Positions 1 through 12,021 of a stretch of 64,000 bases of DNA are shown here, piece by piece (the first letter of the stretch is position 1; the number at the start of each line of letters is the position of its first letter). The translations under genes and the position numbers were made by a program. The stretch is from Eledone cirrhosa (taxonomy: Eukaryota), in assembly GCA_964016885.1 (NCBI GenBank), contig OZ024741.1, forward strand, positions 287,184,001 through 287,248,000. Direction: 5' to 3'. The notes below the pieces were generated by a model, which was not told where the DNA came from, did no database searches, and saw only the letters and a list, made by a program, of their open reading frames with translations.

Positions 1-124
1 TGGGATTTCAATTGTTAATTGTTATTTGTTATTTTATTAATTCTATTTTTTTACACGCATGTATGTAAACTCCCGACTCTGTATCTGTCCCCATCTTTTT
101 GCGCCCTTGTGGCAAATAAAGAAA
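1..124 (+). mobile_element. 3' end of a Tx1-like LINE (continues upstream of window), followed by degenerate (TATC)n
   Basis: ATGTAAACTCCC..TGTATCTGTCCC..GCCCTTGTGGCAAATAAAGAAA matches the 3' termini of the three Tx1-like elements (e.g. 30441-30503). Confidence 0.8.
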
Positions 125-799
125 TATATCTATTTAACTATCTATCTATCGTTCTACCTATCTATCTGTATGTGTGGGTGTTTTGTTTGAATGAGACAAA
201 GTAACTGAATTTACTGCTTTAAAAACAGTTATTCATTATTCCCTGTACATTTCCATATTGTTTGTTTATCTTTCTAAATTTAATTACAGTTGTTTAGGAC
301 ACGTAGTTGTCATCTAGCAATACAAGAAACAAATGGCTAAATTACTGCAAAATTTTTAAACGCGATGGGATCGTAAATTCATGCAAATAATTCTGGAAAA
401 TAATTCCAAATTTATTTCCTTTATTCTTGCAGGCTTGTAATTATTTTGTCTCTATTCCTAATTCTGTGCCGTTTTCATTCATTTTTGTAGTTTGCTCTAT
501 TCCCGTTTCTTTCTATATATTGCCTTGTTTCATTTTAACTGTGAATAATTTCCAGGAAGAATACCAAACGCACAAAACGTGCTTGTTCTTGAAATAGTTT
601 TTCATTTCCTTAGAATTATTTCTGTAGAAAAACATTTTGTAATACGATCCTGGAATCAATTCCAACGCAAAATGTTAATCAGGCAAATATTTTTCAGTTC
701 CGGTATTAGAAAATACCGTAATTATATTCGAGTTTAATGAAACGCTTCTTATATTCTGTCATAGCCGTTAAGGTGATTTCAATGATTTTCTGAAGTAAA

Positions 800-1595
800 T
801 CTATCTATAATATTATAAAGCCGAGTGTCGTGTATATTATGTATGTATGTATCCTACAGACCTCCCCATAATTTATTAGCTTTACTCACTCCGTCACTCT
901 TCCCTCTCTCTATAACAGATCATTCCCCCTCCCTATAATTGAACTGCTTTACTCTCTCTGTCACTCTTCACTCTCAAATATTATAAAGCTGAGCGTCGTC
1001 TCTATCTCTCCCTCTTTCACCCTCTCTATAATTTAACTGCTTCACTCTCTATATGACAACACTCTTTTACTTTCCGTAGAGATGAGCGTCGTATGTAAAT
1101 TCGGTCAACACGTATGTATCCTACACACCTCCCTATAGTTTCTTAGCTTTACTCTCTCCGTCGCTTTTCCCTCTCTCTATAATAGATCCTTCTCCCTCTC
1201 TATAATTTAACTGCTTTACTCTCTCTGTCGCTCTTCACTCTCTATATGACAACACCGATTTAGTTTCCGTATCTCCCTTCAATCATCTGTTGTCGATCGC
1301 ATAAGTAACACACACACACACACATACACACACACACACACACAAATACACATACTTTCACACCTGATTTCGTCAATTGCCGGATAACATCAAAACGAAA
1401 CACAGACACACACATGCACATACACAAACACACACACGCATACACAAACACACACACACATATATATACTTATAAAGCTGACGGTCGTATGTATGTATGT
1501 ATGTATGTATGTCTATAATTTAACAGCTTTACTCTCTCTGTCGCTCTTCACTCTTTATATGACAACACTGTTTTAGTTTCCGTATCTCCCTTCAA
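800..1595. repeat. Imperfect pyrimidine-rich modular repeat (3-4 partial copies)
   Basis: Recurrent TTATAAAGC(C/T)GA..GTCG and CTTTACTCTCTCTGTCGCTCTTCACTCT..ATATGACAACAC modules; origin unassigned. Confidence 0.6.
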
Positions 1596-1652
1596 TATAT
1601 ACACACACATTAGTTTACAGATTATGCATTTCTTATCTATACAGGGAGGTCT

Positions 1653-2069
1653 TTGAAAAGGGTATACCCTTTTCAAAGACCTCCCTGTATAGATAAGAAA
1701 TGCATAATCTGTAAACTAAGCCCTCATATTAACTGTAAAACTAGAAATGTAGTATATAGCATAAGATGTACTGAAGGACAATGTAAAGATAATAATATAG
1801 TGTACATAGGTGAGACAGCTCGTAGTATAGGAGAACGGTTAAATGAACACTGGCGAGAGCTTCAAGATAAAAAAGAATCATCAATACTCCACCAACATGC
1901 TAAAATAGAACATAAGAGCAAATTAGAGAACATAGAAATAAAGATAGAATCTACACACAGAAAAGACGCAATGTTTAGACAAATCACAGAGGCAATAAAC
2001 ATAAATGAACTCCAACCAAAATTAAATAGAAAACATGAATGGAATAGCAACATCACAACTTACAATTAA
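1653..2069 (+). pseudogene. PLE Cys-rich linker + GIY-YIG endonuclease fragment
   Basis: C-x4-C-x2-C..C linker, VVYSIRC...YIGETARSIGERLNEH, ITEAINI, PKLN motifs. Confidence 0.85.
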
Positions 2070-2253
2070 GGACAAAATGAAAACACACACACTTAGAACA
2101 AACAACCAGACAGTATCATGTAAATAAACAAATAAAAACACATACAGACACCCGGATGTAACACATGCGCAAACTAAGCACACAACACACACAAAAACAA
2201 GATGGCGTAGGACAGAACAAAGGAGAGCCACAAAACAAAGAAAAGAATCCCCA

Positions 2254-2296
2254 GTCACTGAAGAGGTCACAGAATGTGTGACGAAAGAACTTTGAC
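2254..2296 (+). ncRNA. Minimal type I hammerhead ribozyme in PLE pLTR
   Basis: GTCA-CTGAAGA-G-GTCACA-GAATG-TGTGAC-GAAA-GAAC-TT-TGAC: core boxes, 6-bp stem II, stem I GTCA/TGAC. Confidence 0.8.
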
Positions 2297-2448
2297 AATA
2301 TATGAACAATCGCCCGGTTATGGAACCAACCAACCAACCGGAAATTTATAAATTCTTAAATTTATAAATTTTATTTATAATAAATTGGAGTGAAAGCAAC
2401 TGGTGCGTGTGTTTCTTATTGGTAACATGACCCTCCCAAAGTATAACA

Positions 2449-2520
<72 letters not shown>

Positions 2521-3997
2521 ATATATATATGTATATGTATATATGTGTGTGTGTGTGTGTTTGTGTGTTCAAAGTTAAAGATAGCGTCGAATATAATCAC
2601 GTCTGCATAAAATGACTATTCATTCTTTCATATGAATTTTATCTCCAAAATTGTTGCCATTGTTACAAATGGCGTTAAAAATGGATATCACCTTTTGATA
2701 AATGCAAAGAAGCGCCTCTTTCGAGAAAACTGGACCTAAGTAAAATCTAATCGATAATTAACCTGTGAATTACTACTACATATGCTATGTCAAGACAGGA
2801 AATCGGGATCAACTATTGCGGGTCGCGGAATTATCGATAGAAATTCCAATGTTTTTTTCTTTTTAATTGATTTAAATCTACAAAAGAAAAAAAGTGAAAA
2901 GTGAAAATAGCTTATATGAAGAGGATGAAGACCTACTGGCGTATAATACTTTACAAAGCAGTGCGAAACAATTACGCCAATAAACCACGTTCATTGATAA
3001 TAAATTCATTGAATTACGATGAAAAAACCCCACCTTTCCATCAAAACTGCAGAGCAGATAAAATTATCAACAGCCCTGTAAATTCTTTCCTTGATAAAAA
3101 CTTCTATAGATAGCAAGATTCTACCACCATTACACTAACAAGCAGTAGCTGGTTATGGACATATAGAAGTGAGCGAAGGCTACGAACTACTCCAAACAAA
3201 ATTTAAACAAAACTTCACTACGTAAATCGACAAAAAAAAACGACATGATAAAATACCTATTGACTTCATATTATTTGTGATCGAACAAGCTACCAAAGTA
3301 CACCTAACATAAATCGAAGATTCCAGCTTTTGAACTTTGAATGTCCTATTTTATCGTTTTGCAGTTACTAACAGAGAAAGAGATATTGATCGCAATGAGG
3401 ATACAGAATCGAAATTGACAGCCTCTTTCAGTTGAAAATTGACAGATTGCGCGAATTCATCATATAATTGTATACTATCATCAGGTGTAAAGTGGTTATA
3501 CGGAAGCTTTGTACACCCAAGACTACCGGTTAATACTTTTTGTGTGGGATGAGATAAAAGCATCCTACGTCCTGCAGAAATTGTTGCTTTAACTCGTGAT
3601 AAATTTCTGTGTAATTTTTATATTCTGATCTAAAATCCTCTTCAATGAATAAATCATTCTCCTTTGTAAACCTCAGCTAATTTTCCTAGATTTTGAATAT
3701 ATTTCTTTATACATAGAACGACTCTGAATGTTTTGTCACCGTCATCCTCTCGCGTTATGAACGTCTTTACGTTGGTTCATGTTTCTTTCTCTGTTGTGTC
3801 TTTTTTCCTCTTTTATTTTCTGTAGTTCTTTTCTATCTGGTCTCCATTTCACAGTTGATAGAAGGATGGGCTCCTCCGTTTTCTCTTTATCGAGGGTGTG
3901 GCAGGCAATATTGCTCTTTGAGAAGTTGGTGTCAGTGCTGCTTGCTCTTATTACGGTTGCTGACTACAAGTTTGGAAGACTCCATCTTCCCCAATCC

Positions 3998-3998
<1 letters not shown>

Positions 3999-4076
<78 letters not shown>

Positions 4077-4078
4077 TC
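3999..4078. repeat. (TC)n microsatellite
   Basis: Direct reading. Confidence 0.95.
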
Positions 4079-5233
4079 TTCAAAATAAGATGAGGTGGTA
4101 GGTAGGAAGTCAGCTTTTCGGATCACTGGTTTCTGGGATAATGCAGTAGCTTTCCCCAATATTTCCGAACTACTGTCTTTCATGCTCTGAAGACTCAGGT
4201 CTGCGGCTGTTGCTGATACATCTGTTCTTCTTCACCACCCTCTTTTCTTTTTATATTCTCAAATTCTTCAGGGTGTATCTAAATTTATTTCAGCCTCTTA
4301 TGTAATTGTTTTCAATTTCAAATATTAAACATCATACTGTAAGTTGTAATCTATTCAAATGAGGAAATTCGACCTCATACGTCTATTAGAGCGTTCATTT
4401 CTTCTTTTCAGAGGATGTGAAAAAACTCCTTCCGTTTTTAAGAGATAGAGACAGATAATGATTATTATTAGGAATTCTTGCTTATGAAACGCAACCATTT
4501 TTATTTAGGGATGGATGAGTGACCAAATGAAGCACTACTAGTTCGAAAATACATTGTTAAAATCTGAAGATAGACAGATGAAAAGAGAAACACGACGCTA
4601 GTGAGAGTGGAAAACAAATGTATAATTTTTGTCTCCCTTGTCGGGGATTTCGTTTTTCATTCGATCCACCAGTTTTGAAGGCTTTGTAAATGTCATTGGC
4701 GCTTTAGTTCCTTCTCTGACAAAAAAAAAAATGTCACACCGAACTTATCCAGAGTGTTGTGTAAGATACATGTGGCACGACAACCAAAGAAGCCTATATT
4801 TAATCTATGTATCAATTTTATTTATCCAGACACGGAATTTGCATAAATCAGTTATATGAAACTCACGGAAGCTGGAATTTGTACGCTGGCACACGACTAA
4901 AAGATAACGTCTCCAGTAAAGAATTTAATCTTTAAAGGAACATAAAATGTTGTGGTATCAGATGTAGCTAATGGTAGAGAATGTTGATAGGATGCGATCG
5001 GAATGGGAGGAGTTTGACTGTGAGACAAGTAGAATGGAATAAAATGAAGTAGTATAGAGATGCCCCATGGCTAAAAGAAAATTGACTTTCTTTGAAATGA
5101 ATGGAAATTAAAGAGAAGAAAGCTTCGCTAATTTTATTATTTTCAATCGTACAGATTCCCTTATATGTTCTTTTAGCGGATTATGATGTTGTGTGAGAAA
5201 ATGACTTTGCATAAATGAGCTTCATTATGTACG

Positions 5234-5236
<3 letters not shown>

Positions 5237-5267
<31 letters not shown>

Positions 5268-5630
5268 TGTATGTATGTATGTATGTATGTATGTATGTAT
5301 GTATGTATGTATATGTATGTATGTATATGTATGTATGTATGCATGTATGTATGTAAGTATGTAGCCACTAATACATACATTTTTATATATATATGTATGG
5401 CCTCTGCCCGTCGGCCGGAACAAGTAAGACAAGTAAGAGTATATATATGTATATATATATATATATATGTATACATATATATATGTGTGTGTGTGTGTAT
5501 GCTGTATGTGTATGTATATGTGTGTGTAGCTATCACCATATCTTTACATGGAAAAGCTGTGAAAGTGATGCACCTATAGATGGCAGACTGAGAGAATATG
5601 TTGTAGATTAATTCATTGTAGACAGTCAGA

Positions 5631-5680
<50 letters not shown>

Positions 5681-5688
5681 CACGCACT

Positions 5689-5735
<47 letters not shown>

Positions 5736-5780
5736 TGTGTGAGTGTGTGTGTGTGTGCGTGTGTATGTGTGTTTGTGTGT
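5237..5780. repeat. Compound (TATG)n/(TA)n/(CA)n/(TG)n microsatellite cluster
   Basis: Direct reading; source of the spurious Y/I/H/T and C/V ORFs. Confidence 0.9.
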
Positions 5781-5847
5781 GGGGGGGGGAGAAAGTGAAA
5801 GAGAAATAGATAAATAGATGTACAGATATGTATAGATACAATGAAAA

Positions 5848-5876
5848 ATAGATAGATAGATAGATAGATAGATAGA
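5848..5876. repeat. (GATA)n abutting the 3' end of Tx1-like element 1
   Basis: Direct reading. Confidence 0.95.
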
Positions 5877-6091
5877 TTTCTTTATTTACCATAAAGGCAT
5901 AAAAAGAAGGGACAAATACAAAGGGGGAGTTTACATATAATCGAGTAAAAAGGGTGTAACATGAAAATAATCGAAAATAACCTCAAAAGGGAGGGGACGT
6001 GATGGGGGTTGCACACACCCCCGAAAAAGTGTGCAATCCTTTGCCCGGGGAGCACATAGAGAAGGTGCTCCCCTCTCCTTTACTTCTTTAC

Positions 6092-9000
6092 CTACAGGAT
6101 GGTATACAGAGAAGGCCCATTTACACGAGCCATTCTCGCCACTATCACCCACCTTTCATAAAACTGCCTGTGGCCAAGCACCTCTCTCTCCATTCTTATC
6201 CTTCTTCCGAAGTGATATCGGAAGAAGTAGACCAGACTATGGCCAGAGAGGAAGTTGCCTGACCTCAGACCTTTCAATCGTGTCCACCAAACAACCTCTT
6301 TCAACATGGCTATTACGCACAGAAAAACCGCCTTTGCTTCCTTTGTGAAGAGGGGAGGCGGTTTGATTGTCATCACGGACTCGGCGGTCAATTTAATCGG
6401 CGCCACCCGCGACAGCAGTCGTTCGGCGTAGCCCCACAGATCAGCCACGCCCGGACATTGCACCAATGCGTGCGCAACGGTTTCTTCGTGACGCACGCAT
6501 CTAGGGCAAATCTTTTTTGAGGGATCCCTGCCCGGGCGCCCGTGTCTGTAGAGCCTCTCTCGAACGGGTAGAGCCCCCCGGTAGCACTGCCAGGCCAGTG
6601 ACTTCTGGAAGTTGTCCATTGGTCCTGGGCCGAAAGTCCTACCGAACAGGCTGGCCAGTTCGTCTTCTTCCATGTCCAGCGACTCTCCAAGGGTGTCATC
6701 GCCCCTGCTAGCCACCAGCCCTCTATAGAATGATGAGGTGGATTCTCCACCGATGGCCTGGCCCGCTTGCCAGAGAGCCCTGAGCGCCTGAGCACACTCA
6801 GTGTGCCAGTCTCCCAGTTTTCCGGATCTTTGCTTGACCCAGGACTGTAGCTCGGTGAGCGAGACGAGTCTCGGAAAGGCTCGTTTCACGAACGGAGCCC
6901 ACACCGGTTGACCAGTGAGGAATACCTGTAGGTGCCGTAGCCTTAATGCGTGCCTACGCATCATCAACCACGGCATCCCCAGCCCTCCTTTCGAAGGTTG
7001 TTGGCAGCAGATGGATCTTCTCACCATAGGAGGGCGCTTCTTCCAAAGAAATTGGAAGAGTGCGCGCTCCATGGTGGTGAGTGTTTCCTTAGGGCAAGGC
7101 ACGACAGTCAGGCGGTAGTAAGTGACGGACGCTATGTAAATGTTCGCCACCTCCGCCCGGCCTTTTAGGGACAGCTTACACTTGGCCCATTTCTGGGTTA
7201 GTGCAAACACCTTGTTCGTAACCTCGTTCCAGTTCTTTTCCACCTGGAGGTCCGGTCCAAACCAGACCCCAAGCAACTTTACCGGGCCCTCCGTCCAGTG
7301 TCCGACGACACCGTCAGGAGGCATCGGTCTGCCTCTCCACGTTCCGAGTTGCAGCCCGATGGATTTTTCCCGGTTCAGTTTCGCTCCTGACAACCTTTCG
7401 TACTCCTCCAGTAAGGTACCGATCGCCTCGATCTCCGAGTCGGTTGATACCATTACTGTTACGTCATCGGCGTAGGCCGACACCGCTTTGCTCAATCCTG
7501 CTTCCAGGGGGATACCCTGCAACAACTCCAACTTCCTCAGTAAAGGCTCGAGAGTCAATACGTACAGAAGGGAGGAGAGAGGGCACCCTTGTCGAATGGA
7601 TCGTGTGATTTCGAACGGCTTCGAAAGGTAGCCGTTCACCTTGATCCTAGAACAGATGTGGTTGCTATGTAGGGCAGTGATCCAGCCTCTGAAAACAGGA
7701 CCGAACCCAGCCGCCGCTAGCACCGCATCCAGGTAACCATGGTCGACCCTATCGAAGGCCTTAGACTGATCCAAGTTGATCAGGGCCCCACCGAAGCCGG
7801 GTTTGTTGCCAACCCTCTCTATGATGTATCTCATGAGGTGGAGGTTATCGTGAATGGACCTGGATGGGATAGCACATGTCTGCGCATCTCCCACCAGGCC
7901 ACCCACGACAAGCGCCAACCTCTTTGCTAACACCTTGGCCAAAATCTTTAACTCTGTGTTTAGCAGGGTTATGGGCCGAAAATGATTTATACTATCCCCC
8001 TTGTTCTCGTCCTTCCTCACCAGCGTGACTACGCCCTTGGCTACAGAACAAGGAATTCTCCCGTTCTGCTGCCAATTGCAGTAGACCGCTTCGAGGAGTT
8101 CGGAGAAGAAGACCGGCATTGCTAAATAAAGTTCGTAAGGTATACCATCGAGACCTGGAGATTTGCGTCTGCTGCATTGGCTCAGCGCATCTCCGATCTC
8201 ATCAGCCGAGATTGGTCCCTCGCAGGACTCTGCCTCTTCGTTCGAGAGACGCGGCAGGTCGTCGAGGTATGGACCGAAATCCACGCCCCCGCCCGGACCC
8301 TCGCCTCCCCCAAACAATCGGGCAAAGTGCCTTTGAAAGGCCTCGCACATCTGCTTAGGCTCCCGGATCACCCGTCCATCTTCGTCTTGCAACGACCGGA
8401 TGGTGGATCGATTTCCACTCTTAGCTTCTGTCACGCGGGCCCATCCAACGGCTTTGGCCCCCTCATTACCTAGAGCACGTATTTTACTTCGAATGACGCA
8501 GCCTTCGTGCTTTGCATCGAAAAACTGGTTCAAGGCCGTCCTCGATGCCAGCACTCTGGCCACATCTTCGCTCTTGATTGCCTCTTCTAATTTACCTGTT
8601 AATTCTTTCTCGTTTCTATTCCTATCGGCAGCTAACATCTTGCTATAACTTATTGATTCTGTTCTAATTTCTCTTTTGAGAGATGCCCACCATCGGTTGT
8701 TGACGATTGCACCCGTCAACCTCTCCTTAACTAATCTGCTAATCCGGTTTCTGTAAGTCTCTTTTGCCGGTAAAGACAAATTAAGTTTCCAGTAACCGGG
8801 ACCCTGTCGATGTGTTTTCTCGAGATTGACCACGCAGGTCACTAATTTGTGATCCGTGTAGCCAACCGTGCGCATTTCTGGACAGCTTAATATGTCCCTA
8901 TCCTTACTTCTAACTAAGAATCTATCTAAGTACGATCTAGATTGACCACTGTGGTTTCTCCAAGTCCAGGTAGGCACAGTTGGAAAATCTAGTCGATATC

Positions 9001-9529
9001 TATCGACCAAGTTAAAACGGTCGAGTAACCCCTTGAGGCTGTTACACCCCCCTCTATTAGGACATGCTCCTGCATAGTCCCAACGTGCATCCAGGATGTC
9101 ATTCCAATCCCCCGCTAGAAGCAGGGAACGCGACGTTCCCAGAAAAGTCTCCAAACGCTGGAAGAAGTCGGGCCGTTCAGCTCCGAAAGGGGAGTAGACG
9201 GCGACCAGTCTCAAGGCCGCACTTTCACTACTGCCAACGTCTAGCACCAACAAACGACCCTCCGGGTCCGAGTGCACAACCTGTACGGCAAGACCCAGGT
9301 GTTTTTGCAGCAGTACGACAACCCCACCCCCACCTCCAGGTTGACAGAGAGATGCATGCACCTCAAAGTCATCGAAGGTGGGGGCCAGCTGCCGCACGAC
9401 GCTGATTCGAGTCTCACAGATAACCATTACATTTATACTACATGACCTGAGGTCATTTAGAAGCTTTGCTTGCTTCCAAGTTGAGCCCAGGTCACGTGCA
9501 TTCAAACATCCTACTCTTAACACATCCAT
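6092..9529 (-). CDS. ORF2p: apurinic-type endonuclease + reverse transcriptase + C-terminal CCHC (1145 aa, uninterrupted)
   Basis: LNARDL, ICETR, GDWND, SYLDRFL, TDHK (APE); KSPGLDG, FRPITLLNTELKILAK, LDQSKAFDRVDH, RQGCPLS, AYADDV (RT); CPRC..ETVAHALVQC. Confidence 0.95.
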   Translation of the reverse strand: MDVLRVGCLNARDLGSTWKQAKLLNDLRSCSINVMVICETRISVVRQLAPTFDDFEVHASLCQPGGGGGVVVLLQKHLGLAVQVVHSDPEGRLLVLDVGSSESAALRLVAVYSPFGAERPDFFQRLETFLGTSRSLLLAGDWNDILDARWDYAGACPNRGGCNSLKGLLDRFNLVDRYRLDFPTVPTWTWRNHSGQSRSYLDRFLVRSKDRDILSCPEMRTVGYTDHKLVTCVVNLEKTHRQGPGYWKLNLSLPAKETYRNRISRLVKERLTGAIVNNRWWASLKREIRTESISYSKMLAADRNRNEKELTGKLEEAIKSEDVARVLASRTALNQFFDAKHEGCVIRSKIRALGNEGAKAVGWARVTEAKSGNRSTIRSLQDEDGRVIREPKQMCEAFQRHFARLFGGGEGPGGGVDFGPYLDDLPRLSNEEAESCEGPISADEIGDALSQCSRRKSPGLDGIPYELYLAMPVFFSELLEAVYCNWQQNGRIPCSVAKGVVTLVRKDENKGDSINHFRPITLLNTELKILAKVLAKRLALVVGGLVGDAQTCAIPSRSIHDNLHLMRYIIERVGNKPGFGGALINLDQSKAFDRVDHGYLDAVLAAAGFGPVFRGWITALHSNHICSRIKVNGYLSKPFEITRSIRQGCPLSSLLYVLTLEPLLRKLELLQGIPLEAGLSKAVSAYADDVTVMVSTDSEIEAIGTLLEEYERLSGAKLNREKSIGLQLGTWRGRPMPPDGVVGHWTEGPVKLLGVWFGPDLQVEKNWNEVTNKVFALTQKWAKCKLSLKGRAEVANIYIASVTYYRLTVVPCPKETLTTMERALFQFLWKKRPPMVRRSICCQQPSKGGLGMPWLMMRRHALRLRHLQVFLTGQPVWAPFVKRAFPRLVSLTELQSWVKQRSGKLGDWHTECAQALRALWQAGQAIGGESTSSFYRGLVASRGDDTLGESLDMEEDELASLFGRTFGPGPMDNFQKSLAWQCYRGALPVRERLYRHGRPGRDPSKKICPRCVRHEETVAHALVQCPGVADLWGYAERLLSRVAPIKLTAESVMTIKPPPLFTKEAKAVFLCVIAMLKEVVWWTRLKGLRSGNFLSGHSLVYFFRYHFGRRIRMEREVLGHRQFYERWVIVARMARVNGPSLYTIL

Positions 9530-9562
9530 GTGGGCGGCAGAGCCAAAGGAGAGTGTAGAGAC

Positions 9563-11463
9563 CTACCTTTCCGCTTCCCGGGGTTCGGGTTGCACGACTT
9601 CCATGGGGTCGGGGGTGTTGGGTGAAGGGGTGTCTTGTGGTGGTGTGGGGTCGTCAGTGTGTGGTGGGGTTGGGGTGTTTCGAGTTGTGTTGGGGAGGGG
9701 AAGGGGGGGGGGGAGCTTTTTAGTAGGACGCGGTTTATGGGTTTGACAGAGGGTGGTCCTACGTCCTCCTTAAAATCCTTTTTTAGTTTTTGGTAGAGGT
9801 TCATTGGGATCTTTATGAGTTTTAAATGTGGGTAGTTTTCTGACGAAACAAAGTTTACACCTTCGGTTTGTACCGAAGGATTGTTGTATATGAGCTCATT
9901 TAATTTATTATTGTTTCTGTTGATGTAAGTATAGTGTAATGTCTTTTTTTCCGATGGTGTGAGTGTTTCGAAGAGGGGAGGGGCAGGTTTGGTTTTGTTT
10001 GTTGCTGGAGGGGTGTTTTCTGTTTTGTTGGATTGTGTTGAGATTTGGGTGGGGGTTGTTTGTCCTTGTGTGTTTTGCACATGTTTTCTTTTTTCCCTTT
10101 TAATCTGTCTGAAGGACTCCGTTTCTTCCTCCGAATTCGTTGGGTTATCTTCAGTGTTGGAGGGAAGAGGTATGTTTGCTGGTAATGTTTCCGTGTTGGT
10201 TTTTTTTGTGGGGGAGATGGATGTCACTATGTTAGACTGTGTTGTGTGTTGTGTCTGCGGTGGTTGTGTTGTTTTATTGAGTGAGAGGTTGGGTGGGCCT
10301 GTATTTTGTTTTGGGGTAATGTGTTGTGACTGTTTGTGTTGTGGTGGTGTTGTGGTTTTACTGAGGGACGGGTTGGGTGGGACTGAGTTTTGTTGTTTGT
10401 TTATCTGTTGTGGTGGTGGTGGTGGAGCTGGTGTTGGTAGCAGGGTTTTCTTTTTGTTGAGTTGGGGACAAGCGGCCTTCAGGTGCCATCTGCCTGCACA
10501 GATATGGCAGGACGGCCTTCTCCCCTCCACGCTAATGTTTATATACCCGTGGTCCTCTAATAGGATTCTGTCGGGTATTTGGGCGATGCGTTCAGGCTTC
10601 ATTTGTACTACCAGCTCTATACCTGTTCCACTGAACGCATTGCCTGTGGTTTTCCCAATGGAAATCACGTTGTCATTCACTGGATCGATGAAGCCAGCTA
10701 TGAGCCAGCAGTAGTCCACATCTGGCATCATTGCATCCAGCCATATGCGTTGAGTTCTTTTCCCCATATAAGATGGATAAAAGGTGAAATTTTTCGAACG
10801 AATCGGTGACAGAGCACATTTTTTTGTCGCCGATTCGTTCTTCATGATAATTGCTAGGCTTCCATACAGTCTGTCTTTTCTTATGAAAGTGGTTTCATTA
10901 AGTACTTCTGTGAGTACTGTTTTGATATCTGCTTGAGAAGGCTGTTCAGGTTTTTTTGTACTGTTGTTGATGGTCCGAAACTTGACCGTTCGGCTTTCAA
11001 TGTCTTTCGTGAATTCTTGAGGCATTTTTACCGATAAAATACCATTCTCTCCTTCACTTATGTATTGTTTGGCGTCCGTGATCCTTCGTACCACATCTGA
11101 AATGTTTTCCGCTATATAAGTCAAAGATTTCTTTGTTTTCTGTGCAAATGAAATCTTGTCGTCTGCTTTGTTTTCTGATATGGTGTTATTTTCAAATGTT
11201 ATTTTTGTGTTTGTTGTGTCTTTGTTTGTGTTATTAGTATTGTCATGCAATTTTTCAAATTTTTTATTTTTCGTTGTTGGAATCCAAGTCCAGATTTGTG
11301 TTTTCGTTATTTTTTTTTCCTCCGCAGATTCGTCTGTTTTTATTTTAATTTTTCCTTCCTTCTCTATGACGTTAGTTGGGAAGGAAGGGGGGACTAAAGC
11401 GTGCGAGCTTACAACTCTTACCGCTGTCCCCCCACCGCTATTTTCGTTCGCTGCGTTTAACAT
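9563..11463 (-). CDS. ORF1p, gag-like nucleic-acid binding protein with one CCHC knuckle; frameshift in the G-run near 9703-9713
   Basis: CHICAGRWHLKAAC knuckle; alternative frame restores C-terminus PMEVVQPEPREAER* (stop 9563-9565), homologous to copies 2 and 3. Confidence 0.85.
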
Positions 11464-11692
11464 TTCTGTTAGACGATTGAAATTTTTTACACAAAATTTT
11501 TTAAAACAGGTTTTTCACCTCTAGGAGGGGTAAAGATGAGCTGACCCACCGCCTGACAGTTCAGACGGTGGGTCAAGCTACACAATTGTATCAAAATTAA
11601 GTTTGAACTCACAAAATTTCCTCAATAAATTTGAACAAAACTTCTGTGCGAAGTGAATGACATCCACACTGTAGAACAGACGACAGCTAGAT

Positions 11693-11756
<64 letters not shown>
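11693..11756. repeat. (GATA)n separating Tx1-like copies 1 and 2
   Basis: Direct reading. Confidence 0.95.
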
Positions 11757-12021
11757 TGTTTCTTTTATTTGCCACCAGGGCATCAAAAGTGGGACAAGTA
11801 CAAAGGGGGGGAGTTTACACAAAAAGGCGTCCTCAATAAGGAGGAGGCAATAACAAAATATAAAAATAAAATAAGATATAACAAAAAATAAAATTTATAA
11901 CAAAATCCTCAATAGAGAGGAGGCGCCTTGGGGGGTCGCACACACCCCCGAAAAAAGTGTGCAACCCTTCTCCTCAGGAGCACAGAGAAGGGGTGCTCCC
12001 TTGGTCTTTCATCTTCCTCAC

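Larger units (their letters stand above)
1640..2450 (+). mobile_element. 5'-truncated Penelope-like element (family A): GIY-YIG end plus pLTR, ending in (AT)n
   Basis: ORF 1653-2069 is homologous to 55568-56041; 3' tail ATGACCCTCCCAAAGTATAACAAT is shared with 54889-54913 and 60351-60373. Confidence 0.85.
5877..11687 (-). mobile_element. Tx1-like (L1 clade) non-LTR retrotransposon, copy 1, apparently full length
   Basis: 5'UTR, ORF1 (CCHC), ORF2 (APE-RT-CCHC), 3'UTR ending AATAAAGAAA; (GATA)n on both sides. Confidence 0.93.

Noticed and set aside
2700-3700. Possible decayed coding sequence
   Set aside because: No recognisable motif in the short ORFs; cannot be assigned without a search
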